A stretch of DNA of 51,568 nucleotides from Choristocarpus tenellus KU-1152 (GCA_964200185.2 CAXNAD020000009.1:1-51568); one strand, 5' to 3'; positions 12,480 to 26,271 are shown, numbered from the stretch's first letter. Translations and numbers: made by a program. Notes: generated by a model from the sequence alone, not told the origin.

Positions 12480-13409
12480 CTGTAGAAGCAAATGTGATGG
12501 TATCTCAGCTCAAATAAGCGCTCTGGAAAAGGTGACTTTGAGCAAAGTTTCATATTTTTCTCAATGTAGAAAATTGTCTGCCACCTGTTTCGAAATGGAT
12601 TTCAAAACATGTCCCAGAAAAATCGGATACATACTTCAATCTAGAGACTACAGCAAATTTCCAAAGATGTTTAACACAACACAACTGCTCACACGGCATC
12701 AAATTGCTGCCTGTTAACTTTACTCTAGGGTCAGAAATCGACATTACAAAGTCGAGGGACAGCAAAAAATGGTCCCAAAGGAGTTGATGAGAGTTCGAAT
12801 GAAGCAATATGGGAAAACATGCTCAACCGTTCATCAAACATTTCTTGATGCTCAACATCAAACATGTTGAGCATGACATTACTCGTGGTGATTATAGGCA
12901 TGATGAAACGATGTATGGAACTCTGTAATGCGCGTTGCCCGTAGGGACTGCAACCTCTGTTGAGAAGGATTATATTATAGGATTATATTACGTGACTGAA
13001 TCAACAGGCGGTAGCACAAAAGTGCAGGTGGGCAAAGGTTCCTTTTGCCCATTACCCAATAGGCCACCACATTTTGCTTCCATGAACCATTGTAAACCTC
13101 AAGGTCCAAACTAAACTGGGAAACAAGTGGTACAAGCACGAAACCATCCCCTGGAAGTGTGCTACAATAAGCACAGATTTTACAAAACAGGCCTGAATGT
13201 CTCAACCAAACCTTTTGAAGAGTACTTGACAGTATGTGATACATCTAGCCACATAGACATCTGTTGACCCACCCATCCAACACAAAACATTCTGCTTTCG
13301 TCTCTCATATAGGTGATCTACCCGCTTGATCAGTAACAAAACATTCTGAAAGATAAAAAAACAAAGATCCATACAATACGCCCCTACTCCCCCACCTCTC
13401 TGCACTTAC

Positions 13410-13869
13410 CTCAAGCATTGGCTGCATGCCTCAACAAGGCACCGGAAGACAAGAGTTAGACGCTCTGCCCTTCTGTACGGACTCTTTGAGATACCTATCC
13501 ACCTTTTCACCTCCTTGTCTTCTTTCCCCGCTTCCTTGTCATTACTTCCATTGTGATTGATGAAGCTATGTCTGCTGTGACGGACATTTGTGCAACCATC
13601 AGTCATCCTTGACATTGATAAATTTGAGGTACTGCCAGTTGATGCCAGTGGAAGCGACGGTTGTGCTATTGCAATGGAAGGGGGTAAGAGCTTCAACGTG
13701 GTGGACAGAAAGAGATCAAAGGTGTCCATGGATAGAGGTGAACCCAAGGGGAGCAGTAGAGGGGCCAAGGGAATCTTGCTGCGACTCTCTTTGCCATCAT
13801 CCTTTCCGCTAACAGTGCTTCTCTTTCTCTTATTGCTGTGAATGTCTGTGCCTGTACCACTTGTCTTCC
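13410..13869 (-). CDS. FANCD2: FANCD2-like exon (PLSMDTFDLFLSTTLKLL...LTLVFRCLVEAC)
   Basis: cag acceptor, gtaagt donor, phase 1/2, fully open. Confidence 0.75.
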
Positions 13870-14109
13870 CTGCCAAGGATTACAAAGAAGTGTAATGAGA
13901 ACATGCTATCTGGGTGACAAGAACGAACATGTGTGCAAGTTAGCATGAAGCAGCACCAACACAGTATTGAGCCTACTTGTGTTGTCCTGCATATTGAAGC
14001 ACTACAAACTATATAATCTATCATCCTATTACATGATACTGACCACATTATACAGGTATGCAAGTTGACCCGATAGATACAATAAATTGTGCTGCGGATC
14101 TTGCAGTAT

Positions 14110-14270
14110 AGGCAAGGACCATAGAGCAGCTTTGAAATTCAAAGGAAGGTTTGAAGACAATGAGTATGGGACTGAAGCTGTCCCACTGGACAAGTGTACT
14201 GCACTGCATCCAAGAAATTCAGAGAAGTATCACTTTCACAGGCAAAACACCTTGCCCACATTACAAGACA
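14110..14270 (+). mobile_element. Possible hAT transposase fragment
   Basis: FKGRFED...CTALHPR resembles the hAT RF...ATxLDPR motif. Confidence 0.3.
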
Positions 14271-14999
14271 CTTGCATTTTCAACCCTACCAGACAAACAA
14301 TTTCACTCTAAAAAAAAGAAAAATGATTTGAGCAGTCAACATTCATTTGCCCTGCGCTATGTTTCAATGCTCGTAGTAGCTTGCTGTATTCGAAACTAAA
14401 TCTGTTTAGTAGGATGTTAAATGGTCCATTCATGAGGTTACCCATACCCATACGTCACGGTAGAACTGCTCCTGAACAGGAGAGGAGGAATTTGACTGAA
14501 ATCAGAACCTGATCTCCAGCCAGATCCCTTGCTGTCAGACAGAGAAAATAAATAGACACAGTCAAAGACTGCAAACAAGCTCTTAGACAGTAACATTGAG
14601 TAACCAAAATAAACCTTACACTGTTATAAAAAAAACTGGTCCATAAAAATAACAAAAACACCATTTGCATAGATGTTGACAAAGTGTACGGCACAATGAG
14701 TGTACATATCCCATCTATGGGCAAAGCACTAATCACACCACCCTCTGCTACTGCATTGTCCTGTGGAAGGATATCCATAGCCTGGTGTTAACATATATTG
14801 GAAAGGAATTTAGCATAATGTTTATGTCAAATTACATCTCAGAGTGAGAGCTCCAGAGCTCCAGGCTTGGAATATGTGTCTCAGATTGGAGGTTTTGACA
14901 CACACTTCATGTTATGGAATTGATGTTGGCCTATTGGATCATTGTGATGTATTGGTCTAATAGCCACTTTCAAAAAAGAAACCAACCTATCAAGAATAT

Positions 15000-17880
15000 A
15001 CTGCAAGTCTACTTAGGAGAGAGTCCTTGCAGTGGTCGACTAACCGTCTACATATCTATAATTCAGTATTCTCAAGACCTGACCATAGGATTGAGTGCAG
15101 GGTGATAGCATTGACCTAAGGGGTCGAGGGTGGTTGTGAGGACCCCGCTGAAGGTGGACCTTGCATATCCAGGAGGATAACAGGTAGGCAGGAAGGAGGA
15201 TTGGAGGACCCACCATGCTGTCAAAAAGCAAAACCATAGATCACATGTCCAGGGAAGGCTTGCGCAGAGGAGAAGAGTCTACACCCATAGCTGAACTGCT
15301 GTATCAAGTGGAATACCCTGTTTAGACTCGATAACAGAGCAGAAGGCAAAAACACTTGAGTCAATGGTGCAACTATCAGAAGAATATTCTGAGATAAGAG
15401 CAACCAGGGAACCCAAGGGTTCCCTGCACCCAAAAAACATAAAAGAGTGCCTTGTAGACGTTGGTCAAACATAAATGGAAAGTGACAACCGAAAATCATG
15501 ACCTGGACACTTCAAAACACTGACAAGGGTCTGAGGGGCATATTGAACCCTCATATAGGGGAAATCAAGGTATAACTTGGTCATCCTAGCCAAGATGGGA
15601 ATGCTGCCTCCTACAAGCAGGTGCATCTCTTGAGGGAACAAGTTGAACACCTTATAAACATAGTAGATAGGGTTGTGCTTTTCAATGCGGGAGAGGTGAT
15701 TAAAACCTCAAAACCTGGGCCCTGATTTACTGCTGAGATCCTTCTGGTGTTACCACCTTCAGAGTCCCAGGACCTGATGCTTTGCTGGGTGAAGTGCAAA
15801 CCCAAAGAAAAATCCTGATGGGCCATTTGACTTCCTACTAAATTAAGCAGCAAAAAGGCACATTCATTTCCCCCCTATGCGATACCCTGCCAAAAACCAC
15901 AGGCCTAGAGCAGATGAAGAGTGATGTATGTCTCCATATGGGTGCCAAAGCATCTGTGCGAGGTAGGATCCAGGCCTTGAGGAAGATCTTGCCATGGTGG
16001 GAGGTGGGTAAGATTCCCAGATTTGTACCAAAACGCAACAGAGAGGGTCACAAGGCGGGGTTATGTGGTGCCAGGGATGGTTGCAATACCTCCAAGGCAG
16101 CAACAGCAACAGCAATGACAGCACTACAGCCTTCCAGACAGGGCAATAAATGCTGGGAATAGTGGTGGCTTGTAGCGTTTGGGCGAAGACCAAGGCACCC
16201 ACCCACAGCCATCAAGGGCTGGCCATTCCCCCACCCTCGGAGTATTGGTGAGGAGGGGGCACTTCCGGAACAACTAAATGTGATGCACATAACAGAGACA
16301 ACAGTGATAGGTGCAAGCAATTCGATCTGTCTGTGCCACCTCCTGATCCCGACGATTATGAATTATTATTATTATTATTCGATCTGTCTGCAAAGATGCT
16401 GAGATTCGAATGCCCCACTGGCCTCAGAACATGAAGAACCAACTTGGTAGGGTTGGTTTGGCCTGGATGGGAGTATATGCGGAGGAGTTGGTCCGCCACC
16501 TCATGGTCACAGTTGCACGTATGGGTGCAGGGATGTGCAAGATATCCTCTCCTTACACAATTGAGGGCATCCTGGATGCTGGATCCAGAGTCACTGACAA
16601 ATGATAGAGCAACACCATGGGTATGTGGTCACATGGCGATACAAGAAAGATTATAAACAGTGGTCAATTGCGCTTGCCAGGCAACCAGGCAGATGACATC
16701 ACCTCTGAATTTGGTGCTTCATGCACCTCATGAGCCTGTGCTGCTGGAGAACATGGTTGTACAAGTTTTCCCTAGCCCTGACGATATGTTAATCATTGGA
16801 AGCAAGCCCCTGCAAGATTTTCTGCAGCTGCATATAGTACAACAACTCACTTTTGAGTCTGCCAAGAAATTGGTGGTCAAGTACAAACACCTGTGGCTAA
16901 ATTAGAGCACTTGTGAATCAAGGTAGGAATGTGCTCATACTGTGACTACATCAGAGGTTCAAGAAATATCTCAAGACAAGCATGGAGTACAGGCTCCATC
17001 CATGGGAGATTTTCCTGTGGACCAAGTCTGGCTAGCCCAGAAATGGTCCCTGAGGAGATAGCATTTGACTTTGGTCCACAACAGTTGTTGTAAATGTGAA
17101 ATATATCTTTAATCAGCTTACTATTTTACTACCAGCTATACTACACTGTGCATGTCCTTGGAGTAACTGGAAAAATGAGAACTGTAATCCAAAATCAAAA
17201 GAACTATGCTACACCTGTCTATTCAGTGAAGTGTCCCAAACCCTTAAAATTATTCTTGCTTGGTTTAGCCACATAGTTTAGGAGAATTTAAACGCTATAC
17301 CACATTTTCAAGGGTAGGAATGTGTTTCCAATCTAGACACACCAAGAACACTAATGAAAATGGAAGACCTAAGTATTGTGCAGACACCATTTATTTGGGT
17401 TAGGGTTAACAGAGACTCGCCATTATGAGGTGAGGGATAGGATGGCAACAAAGGATGAACATCTGGGCATGGGTGATCCAGATCGCTGGGTGCCATGCAG
17501 CCAATAATCCTTGGTGGATAGCAATGAAATTGAGGATGTTCAAGCAAAAAAGTGGATATAGCCCAAATATGGCAAACATTGGGCAATCTTCAAGGGAGAC
17601 CTGCTAGGGACAAGGACTGGGATTTTAGGTGGCAGTAAGTTTTTCTCTGGGAAGTTGGGCTCCATGAAGAACTGTCAGGGAATTTAGCTGCCATTAGTGT
17701 GCAAGAACTGGTCCAAGGAGATCCTACATCTACATATTTAGGCTACATTATTTGCCTTACTTGCGATATTGGATGTGTTCCAGGTAGGGTATGAGGACAA
17801 CATGTCAATAGCTGTAGACTTGCTTGAGAAGGTGAAGAAACTCAAGAGGGTTGTCATATATCCCGATTGGCTGGACCTAT
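15000..17880 (+). mobile_element. Decayed Ty3/Gypsy LTR retrotransposon: gag - protease - integrase, RT/RNase H missing
   Basis: Frameshifted zinc knuckle CTK/RNREGHKAGLC at 16024-16066; protease ILDAGS at 16569-16586 and LHAPHEPV..PDDMLIIGSKPL; integrase ACPWSNxKNE at ~17150; EIEDVQ..VDIAQI tail at ~17530. LTRs not identified. Confidence 0.75.
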
Positions 17881-18144
17881 ATATACAGTTACTAGTTAGA
17901 AGGACTATTTTCTTCAACTCATAGATTAAAGTTGTACAAATCTAACTACTCCACATGATGGCAATCTACAGGAGTATGTTTTAAAGTAACTACTCCACAT
18001 ATAACTTCACCTTCGACATTTTGTACACTTTTTCCCAAGGAAGGGTCAAATGAAGTGGATGGGTCTCTTTGAGTCACACCGGTTAAGGTGTAGACCTGTC
18101 TCGCCCATGGACTGGACTAAGAAACCATATCCTGGTCACAGTCT

Positions 18145-18378
18145 GGACATGTCAGAATATGTTAGCCCAGTCGGTAGATATGGACTGATACAGTCCCTAG
18201 TGGACATGGACCAGGATATATCAGACTGCGCTAAGCCCAGTCCATCCGGTGGATATGGACTGATTCAATACATAGTGGACATGGACTGGGACATGTCAGA
18301 TAATGTTAGACCCAGTTCAGCTAGCAGACATGGATCAATTCAATACCTAATGCATGTGGATCGGGACATGTCAGGTAA
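18145..18378. repeat. Tandem repeat with periods 69/75/75 bp, GGAC/GTCC-rich
   Basis: GGA(C/T)AT(G/A)TCAG anchor at 18145, 18214, 18289 and 18364. Confidence 0.85.
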
Positions 18379-18583
18379 TTTTGAGACAAAAAGATCTGGA
18401 CTGCTCACATTTGCAATTCCAGTGTAGGCTCCTGAATATAGCACTGTGGTATGTTCAGAATACACAGCCATACTCAATTTTACTACACAATTTCAGGGAA
18501 AACTGTCACAGGTTCAACATAAACTTACAGCACCTCCTTACAACACAAAATTGCTTCATACACATCGCTTCCAGAACAATAGA

Positions 18584-18843
18584 TAGTGAAAGTATCTTAG
18601 AGGGTACAAGTTTTTCCCTCATTGTCCATTTGGGACTTGGCTTCCCATGGATATTTTTATGATATTTTGCTACTCCAAAATGTTTCGGAGTAGGTAAAAT
18701 GTATACGTTATGAAAAGGTGTGTCCAGAACATGGATAATGACACTTCCTAACAAACACGATGCCCAAAATAAAATCAAAATTGCAACATTGGATATTTGG
18801 GCCCCAAAGGGACGCAGCCGTGCCCTCTACGATACTTTGGCTC
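18584..18843. mobile_element. 260-bp MITE, copy 1
   Basis: Imperfect ~23-bp TIRs (AGTGAAAGTATCTTAGAGGGTA / TGCCCTCTACGATACTTTGGCT); colinear with 40643-40902. Confidence 0.85.
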
Positions 18844-19189
18844 TGGAGGGATACCCACCACACCTTATTGATATGTTTTGCTTCAGATACATGAATCAAG
18901 GATTGAAGTAATGTCTCAGAAGTAGAGGAATACTATGCCTATATAGTTACTTTTTTCATCCCACCAGAAAAGCAGTGCCCGCATCATACCTTAATTATTT
19001 CATGGGCTAGAGCTCTACCGTTCATCTGATAATAGTTCATCTGATAATATACCCTCTTCGCAACATCAACACAAATGAAATGGTTTATATGTCACATCAA
19101 GTCAACAAGACATTATGGTTTAACAATCTAGTCATGATTCCCAACAAACACATGTCTCATAAAAAACATTGAAACATGTAGCAACTCAC

Positions 19190-19437
19190 CGTATCCAAGC
19201 AAGAACGCTCCAAGGTCACAAACAGCAGCAGCCAGTCCCTTTTCTCGTCCTTCCCCTTCTTCAAGTGCCCAATGTGTGATCATGAATTGGCGAAGAATTG
19301 GTAGGCCTGAAATCCACCCAGAAGGACCAGTTGAAAGTGGACTTGACACCAGGGGTGAGAACTGGGGCCGCAGTCGGCTGGAAGAATAATCGTGTTTTCA
19401 GGTGCCAGTGTAGGGAGAATGTGGATGCACTGCATAG
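19190..19437 (-). pseudogene. FANCD2: FANCD2-like exon with in-frame TGA at 19398-19400
   Basis: ttcag acceptor, gtgagt donor, phase 2/1; reads ...LPILRQFMITHWALE...DLGAFLLGY. Confidence 0.7.
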
Positions 19438-19859
19438 CTGAAGATAATACAAGAGATTACTGGTGCCAAGATTGAGTGGTTAGGGACAGCTACATTAAGA
19501 TTCATCCTATTGACCAGATGTGACATCAAGGCTAACCTATTGCCTTAGCATGACAGATGTGACACTGTTTCCAACCCTTCGATCTTGGCATGACTCTTGT
19601 GCGTGTCCAGGAGGGAGTCTGCTGAGCTCTACATGTTAATATTTTTGTTTATGGAGGGCTACAAACATGCGCACACAGGACAAAAAAATTCAGCCATAGT
19701 GTATCAACACAGTGGCCAGTCAGGACAGACCAAGCGTGTTTGAGCACTACTGCAAGATATTCACATTAACAATTTATTCTACACCACGCTGGGGATATAC
19801 TTTTTAGGATAACATATCATGCTATCAATTTGATTGAGGAGATGGGGATAAGTGATCAC

Positions 19860-19940
19860 CTTGATAAAGCCTTGACGACCCTGTTCTGATGAAATATTGC
19901 TCTGAGTGCCACTGGACGAGACAGGAGCTCGGCATTTGAT
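19860..19940 (-). CDS. FANCD2-like short exon (SNAELLSRPVALRAIF...)
   Basis: 81 nt, aag acceptor, gtga donor, phase 2/2. Confidence 0.55.
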
Positions 19941-20279
19941 CTTTCATGCATCAAGGGTCAAAAAATGTTTTTGTTAGGTACAGTGTTTCCTTATGTTCCT
20001 GACAGATGTACACCTTTTAGAGAGGACAGTTCTTGGGGGAGTTCGTAGGTGACCTAGACCAAAGAGTGATCATGCAAGAGCTACTAGAAAGAAAAAAGTT
20101 ATCAAAATAATTAATAGGAAAGACAACTCAGAGGAGAACAAGTCATTGATGGAGCCGAAAAAATATGTAGGGCCTTTAGCCCTATCTTTCTGACAGGTCC
20201 AATGTAAGCACTACTGGAAAAAACCAAGCATCCACGAAATGCAGTGGTTATATAACCACACCACCCATGGCAACCATAC

Positions 20280-20433
20280 CTGTCAAGGCGGAGTGTCTGG
20301 TGACACCCTCCAAGATATAATTGGCCGTACCCCATGGGGAATGTGCGGCGGAGCATTGTCCAGGCAAGGTTGGCCGTTACAGATGCTTTCCTTAGGCCCA
20401 GCGTTAGGGTGGAAATTACCTCCATCACCATGC
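20280..20433 (-). CDS. FANCD2: FANCD2-like exon (MVMEVISTL...ANLAWTMLRRTFP...)
   Basis: tttag acceptor, gtatgg donor, phase 1/2. Confidence 0.75.
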
Positions 20434-21179
20434 CTAAATATGCATTTGTGGGGGAGTATGTGGCAGTGTCGGGGTTTGTGGGGGATGTGGGGGAGGCGTA
20501 GGAGGGGGGAGAGAAAGGAGGGATAGAGTTGGTGGAAGGAATGATATGTTATGGGACTTGTGTACAGAGTACACAGGTGGCAAAGAAATCGAGAGGTAAG
20601 TGGGATACACATCTCAAGGGTCAAACTAGAGTTGGTAGTAGGTTGTCACATGGGAGGGTTATCACACTACAAAAATAATATCATGAAAGTACTTGTATGG
20701 GTATTGAATATTTATGGTATCTCTTTCTTCTATCAAACCACGTAATGTTAAGTTGACTTAGATATTTTAAATAGAGTTAATGAACTTTAACCTTTTTCCA
20801 CAACCGGGTCAACTCAACACGTTGTGACAACATAATGTTAACACTTTGTGTTGGAATTTTCATGAATATAGGGATGTATAATCTATGTTTATGTTTTGAA
20901 CAGGTGTGTTATGGGACATGGCACAAGCTGTGCTTTCCAGCTGTATCTATAACAGTGTGTGAATAAGATAACATAACATTGTGCTATTATATGTAACAAA
21001 AAGGAACATAATAAAACTATGGAGCCATGGTCTTTGAAGTGTCTGTGCATCGACTCGAGCACCCATTACAATGTGGGTGTCCAAGCCATGCTTGCTAATC
21101 TATGGGCCTGAATATAATTTCTCAAGATACTTCCATGAATTCTGTCTAGCTTTTACAGCAACCTAAAGGTTGAAGCTCT

Positions 21180-23450
21180 CACGATATCCTTATGTGACCA
21201 GAGACTTGCCTCCCACTGGACTCAAATGCATGTGTGACACCCTTATCAAAATCACATGTATGAAAACTTTCACAGAGTTGTGACTGTCTCCATTCTGCTA
21301 TCAAACAGCTCACGGACTTGAAATTGTCCTTGTTCATAACATTTTTCTTGTGAAATTGGAGCAGGATGGATCTGACGATTCTCCTCCTTGCAACTCTGGT
21401 GCTCTCCCCTTTGCTGTAATAACTGCACTTCACCAACAGGGGGTAGCGCATAGATGGCTGCAAGACCTCTCATAGGTATACCAAAATTGTGCTTTTGATT
21501 TCCATCTTGGATCCATGCTGGACAAGCCTTATGGCAAAGTTTTGTCTTTCACATTTCTTGGCCTGTTCTCTGTCAACACCATGTTCTAAGCATACACTAC
21601 ACCCATAACAATTGATAAAAAAAAATACACATGTTGTGTTGGCAATCCACTATTTCATGTTTTTATTTTAATACGGATAAACCAAATGGAGGCCAGGGAA
21701 GACATGCATGAATACTCCATCGCTTTGATAAATGTAAAAACAGGAGCAGGAGTGTTAACTCCATATTTTAGGTTCATAAAACAAATTCCTCTTTGGATGG
21801 AGTTCTCTGGAGGATCACCATTGATAGCGATACTACTAATATGTGTTCCTGAATATACACCAGAGTTCAACACACCCCATGGTAGTGATAGATGTTGTAT
21901 TCAACTTCTATGCATCCATTTCGAATTTAAGAAAAACCACATCATGAGGGCATTCTTTAGAGTAGGAGTTGAGAACATTGTTTTTAGGCAACATGGGCAA
22001 CATTTGGTCACCTCAACAACAAACTCCTCTTTGACAGTTCTACTCTTCACCATTCACAACATCCACCCATCCTCAAGGAGCTGCTCACAATATGGAGGTA
22101 TTTTAATTGAACATGAGGTATGATCATTTCTATCGGTGGATCAAGGCACCATCCTTAGAGAGCCCTATATCTTACTCTAATAATTTGTCAATACCAAACA
22201 AAGCTCTGTACTCCAATACATGCCCATCTTCGGTCTCTGTACACTTATATACTGTAAACTTATATAATTCAGGCTAAATGAGAAACAACAAAGAGGATAT
22301 CCAGAAAAGTCCGTAATAATGGACAGCTTGAAGTCGAGAAATAAAAGTTACTTTACACGGACCATGGTAGATAGCACAGTGTCTATAGCAAGGTGCCTAA
22401 TATGGTCATCCTAATGTCACAGATTGTGCCTTAACAATTCCTTTTTTAAAGAATACATACACTTTTCTGTCTTTGTGGTAGGAAAACATATTGGCATCAA
22501 AACATTGGAGCAGTGCCTCAACATTAAACTTAATTTCTATAGTGAATGAGGGATTGCTGATATGGATCTGACATGTCCTCTAGAGGTACATATTTTCAAG
22601 TATCGGGATGTGCAAACCTTCACACATTTTTCGTTTGTACTTTCCTTAAACTTGAGCTGACTGGGTAAGACGAAATTCTTTCACAAGTGCCATGAGCAAG
22701 CATTTAATTCTGTGTGATGTTGTTGATCATGCATAGAATAGTATACTTAGAGCTGCAGTGCCTTGTGCATTATATTTAGTGAAAGTTTGAACTTTTAGAC
22801 TTTCTAATAGTTTTGTTGTTGAGCAAGTGTACCCTTGAATGCTCCAATTAACAACAGCAGTTTCATGGGTCTAGTTATGATGTTGAAAGACGCATCGAAA
22901 TAGATTCCTGACCCCACAATCAATAAAACATCTTACAGTTTCATAATCAAGATAAAGTTCCCATAACTATTAATCCTGTACCACCCTGATCAAATTGCTA
23001 CCTGCGTGCAAAACCCAACATTAAACTTTGGGTTGTGCAGGGTACTGTTGCAAGAAAACCAATGATTAATGTGGAACAAAGACAGTAATATTGCCCAAGG
23101 GCAGTACAACTATGAGGGTAACCATGGTTTGTATTGTGCTGTCATACAGTCCACCACATTGAAACTGTTGTAGAAATAGTGTACATCAATAAACAACAGA
23201 GGCAACATGCTGAGCAAATTCAACTGCAAAAATTGCACCATTGAGAAAGTTGTGCAATTGTATAGCTCAAGGAACTACACTAACGTTGTTTTATCAAGAT
23301 CCCTTCCATCTCACCTTCCCATCCTCATCTTCACCAACACACAAACTATGCACCATAACCCTAGCCTTCACCAGCAGAATTTTTTTTATGTGGAATGCAA
23401 ACACATTTTTCACTGCTTTGTACGTAAGAGATTAACATAAGAAATAATGT
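21180..23450 (-). mobile_element. Decayed Mutator (MULE) element: DDE transposase + SWIM finger, followed by a probable Ulp1-like protease
   Basis: LPLLFIDV (D at 23185-23187)...LYCPWAIL...DQGGTGLI...LFRCVFQH...MINNI.ELNA...SWIM-like C.....G.PC..H at ~22400; downstream WFFLNS..YHYHGV and VARRRIVRSILL; many frameshifts. Confidence 0.6.
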
Positions 23451-23695
23451 CTTCAAGTTGAAAATGTCCTAACAAAACTCCTGTAGATGTATATCATCAT
23501 ATATTAGAGCAAGCCTTGCACATGTGGATGGTTGAGTCATGTCAGGATTGAAGGTTTAAGGAGCAGGATTAAGAGCAGTATTTACAACCATGGGATGAAT
23601 GTGCCCTAAAACAATCCCTAACTCCACAAACTTGATACCATGCAACATGCAGACACAACAACCCTCTGACCCCCACCCCCCCCAATTTTACTCAC

Positions 23696-23882
23696 CTGCC
23701 AGGAGACCGTCTTCAGTCTCTTCTGCCTGGGTCCGGAGTGACCCAAATAATGCTTCAAGCACAGTGGTTTTATCCCTCTCTAGTCCTGATCTCATTCCCA
23801 ATCCACAACTCATTGGTGACTCTGATGCCGCAACTACTGATGAAGTAGGAAGTTCATCTAGCTTGGAGAGCCTTCCTAACAG
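23696..23882 (-). CDS. FANCD2: FANCD2-like exon (LLGRLSKL...TEDGLLA)
   Basis: tgcag acceptor, gtgagt donor, phase 0/1. Confidence 0.75.
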
Positions 23883-24184
23883 CTGCATGCAAGAATAAAA
23901 AGAGAAAATATGTGCTAGGTTTTTTCAAGGCTACCTTTTTCAGCTTGAAAAGCACTCTTAAACGTGGTTTTTGGGGGGGGAAACTCGTGGATTTCTTGTT
24001 TGATGAAGATCAAATATTGGAAGATCTCTCATTTTTTCTTGAATACATTGGCATGGGAAGCCCCAACATATATTTTTCAACTGACATATGTGAGCATCCC
24101 TTTTGTGAAAATACATTTCCTTCATGCACAAAACATTGATGTAGAAAACCACCAATGTTGCAAGCTCCACCTTTTTTGACCATT

Positions 24185-24200
24185 AACCCTAACCCTAACA
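24185..24200 (-). repeat. Short interstitial telomeric repeat (TAACCC)2.5
   Basis: Directly visible; degenerate copies also at ~17397 and ~46781. Confidence 0.6.
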
Positions 24201-26271
24201 CCCGAAAAGACCCACAAGGTACAGACCCTACCTGGTATTTGTGGACGGACTAATTTGATATATAGGTAACCGTGTCTGAAGTATCTACTACTTCATGGTA
24301 GAAGAACAGAATAAAAAGTATTAAAAACCTCATGGAATCCTTAGCTTTCACAAAAGAAACAGTTTTAAACTACCCTACAACATGGTTGAGAAGATACAAC
24401 ATGCACATAACAAGCTCATCATTTCATTTTGGGGTGATTTGAGACAGTTTGATATAGTGCACTCTACTGCACCATCAAAACTCGCTGCACAAGACACACA
24501 CTGTGCAATAGCTATAGTACATACCACAAAATAGCTAGAAAGTGCTTGAAATAACTTGATAGTGTGAGACAGAAAGGGTGGAAAAATGATGTTGAGGTGG
24601 CGATGCATACCTGAGAAAGATAGGGTTGTCAGGCCATTCGGAAAGTGGATAACTTAAACTAGAGTTGGTTCTGACATATTGGCAAAAATGGAATCGGGGA
24701 GAAGGTAGGGGCTTCCTGATTGCTGTTGTGCAATCCCTCTCTGTCAACAGGAATAAAGAAGAGGTACAGAGAGGGTACATAGGTCATAATGAATGTGGCA
24801 GGGGCATTGCATCCTCCTTCCGGTTCTATTGATATAATGCAATGACGGCGAATGACAAGATAAGATAATTATATAATGTAATGACATAATGAGCCTGACT
24901 GCATTGTTCGCCCTTGCATTCGTTGAAAACCAAGAGCCTATTGCTCAATTCACCAGTCAAATATGGTATCATAGTGAATTATTGGCAGTTTTAGCAGCGG
25001 TTGTAGGGCATATATTGACATAGAGTTCACCAAAACGGACGCACAAGACACTGGTGGACACGTACAACCAACAAATACTTTAGCATCACATTGTCAGTCT
25101 TCCATTGCCTATTTTGTTGTGGAGTAGACTGTTTTCAATAGAAAAAAAAACTTTGCACTGAAAAAAAAAAAGAACAAGTTCATAGTCAGAGTTATAGGGC
25201 AAGAGTATGGTCAATAGCGGACTAAATGAAAAACTTGGCAACTGCCGTCACTGGTTCATGTAAGAGTTTATTTAGGGCAGGAATTTGCTGAACACTTCTG
25301 AAATACCAACTTCAACACTTCTCACATGGTTCTGGAAAAAAATGGTCTATATTCCAACTAGCGAAGAACCACTTCCAAAAAAAAAAATTGCCACTGTGGC
25401 AAACAATCCTTCCCGAAAACACATATATGATCACCAGTAGTTCAACCACTCAGATCCTATTGTTCAGTAAGTTGAAGGAATTTTTCAATCACATACTGCC
25501 ATCTTGGCCACGGTTGGCGTGTTGTAATTCTACTTGGAGTAATCTCAGTGTAATGCACTCGTGGTTTGTAGCATTAGTAGGAATAACGGGCCAAAAGGTC
25601 AGCCATAGTATGCCCTGAAATATCAAGCATTTTATCATCTTGTTATCAGCATTTGTTTGATACACACAAAAATATGACACAATACTTCTTATGATAGAAT
25701 ATGTACAAAAGTTGAGCAGCCATTGGTCAGACCACTGAGATGAGACGAGGAATATACAACCCTTCTACTCTACCTCAACACCATCAGATTTACAAGATAA
25801 GCAACCACTCTAGTCCTGTTGTAGAGATTGACATCTGCTATGTCATGGTGGAGAGTAGCCATGGCCAAGCAAAAGCTGGTCTGGCAGGAGGTGAAACATT
25901 TTTGCCTCTAAGTGCAGTAGATAGTTAGAGGCAGGTGGTGATGACTACGAGGATCCTGCAAAGGGTATTTTCAATGACAACAGCACAGCACTTGTGGAAG
26001 AGTTCTTTTACACACTCAACATTCTAAGTAGGTCTGGGCATTAATGAGCACCTCACCATTGGGGCTACGCAGTAGTCAAAAATAGTTACAGCAGTGATAG
26101 GACTGGTGTGAAGACCCAGAGGGTAAAGTTGGATCTGACTTGCTTGATAGCAGCAGCTAAGGTGAACCCAGAGGACGCTGCACTGTCCACGGGTCATGTG
26201 CTACAACACCAACTACCTACAAGACTCATTGTAAAAAGTAACAAGCCCGTGAAGAATATAGGAGCAGCCCA

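Noticed and set aside
14455-14532. RDLAGDQV as the FANCD2 C-terminal NRDLQGEEI motif
   Set aside because: It lies upstream of exons that match earlier parts of FANCD2, so the order is wrong; at most an optional phase 1/1 exon with a TGA.
18145-18378. CRISPR-like array
   Set aside because: The 'spacers' are homologous to each other, the context is eukaryotic, and no cas genes are present.
20280-20433. Glycosyltransferase family 25 (LYLGGC)
   Set aside because: The exon fits the FANCD2-like chain in phase and colinear homology; no EDD motif.
20547-20920. LTR pair starting TGTTATGGGAC
   Set aside because: Match is limited to 11 bp; the upstream purine run is the intron's pyrimidine tract on the minus strand.
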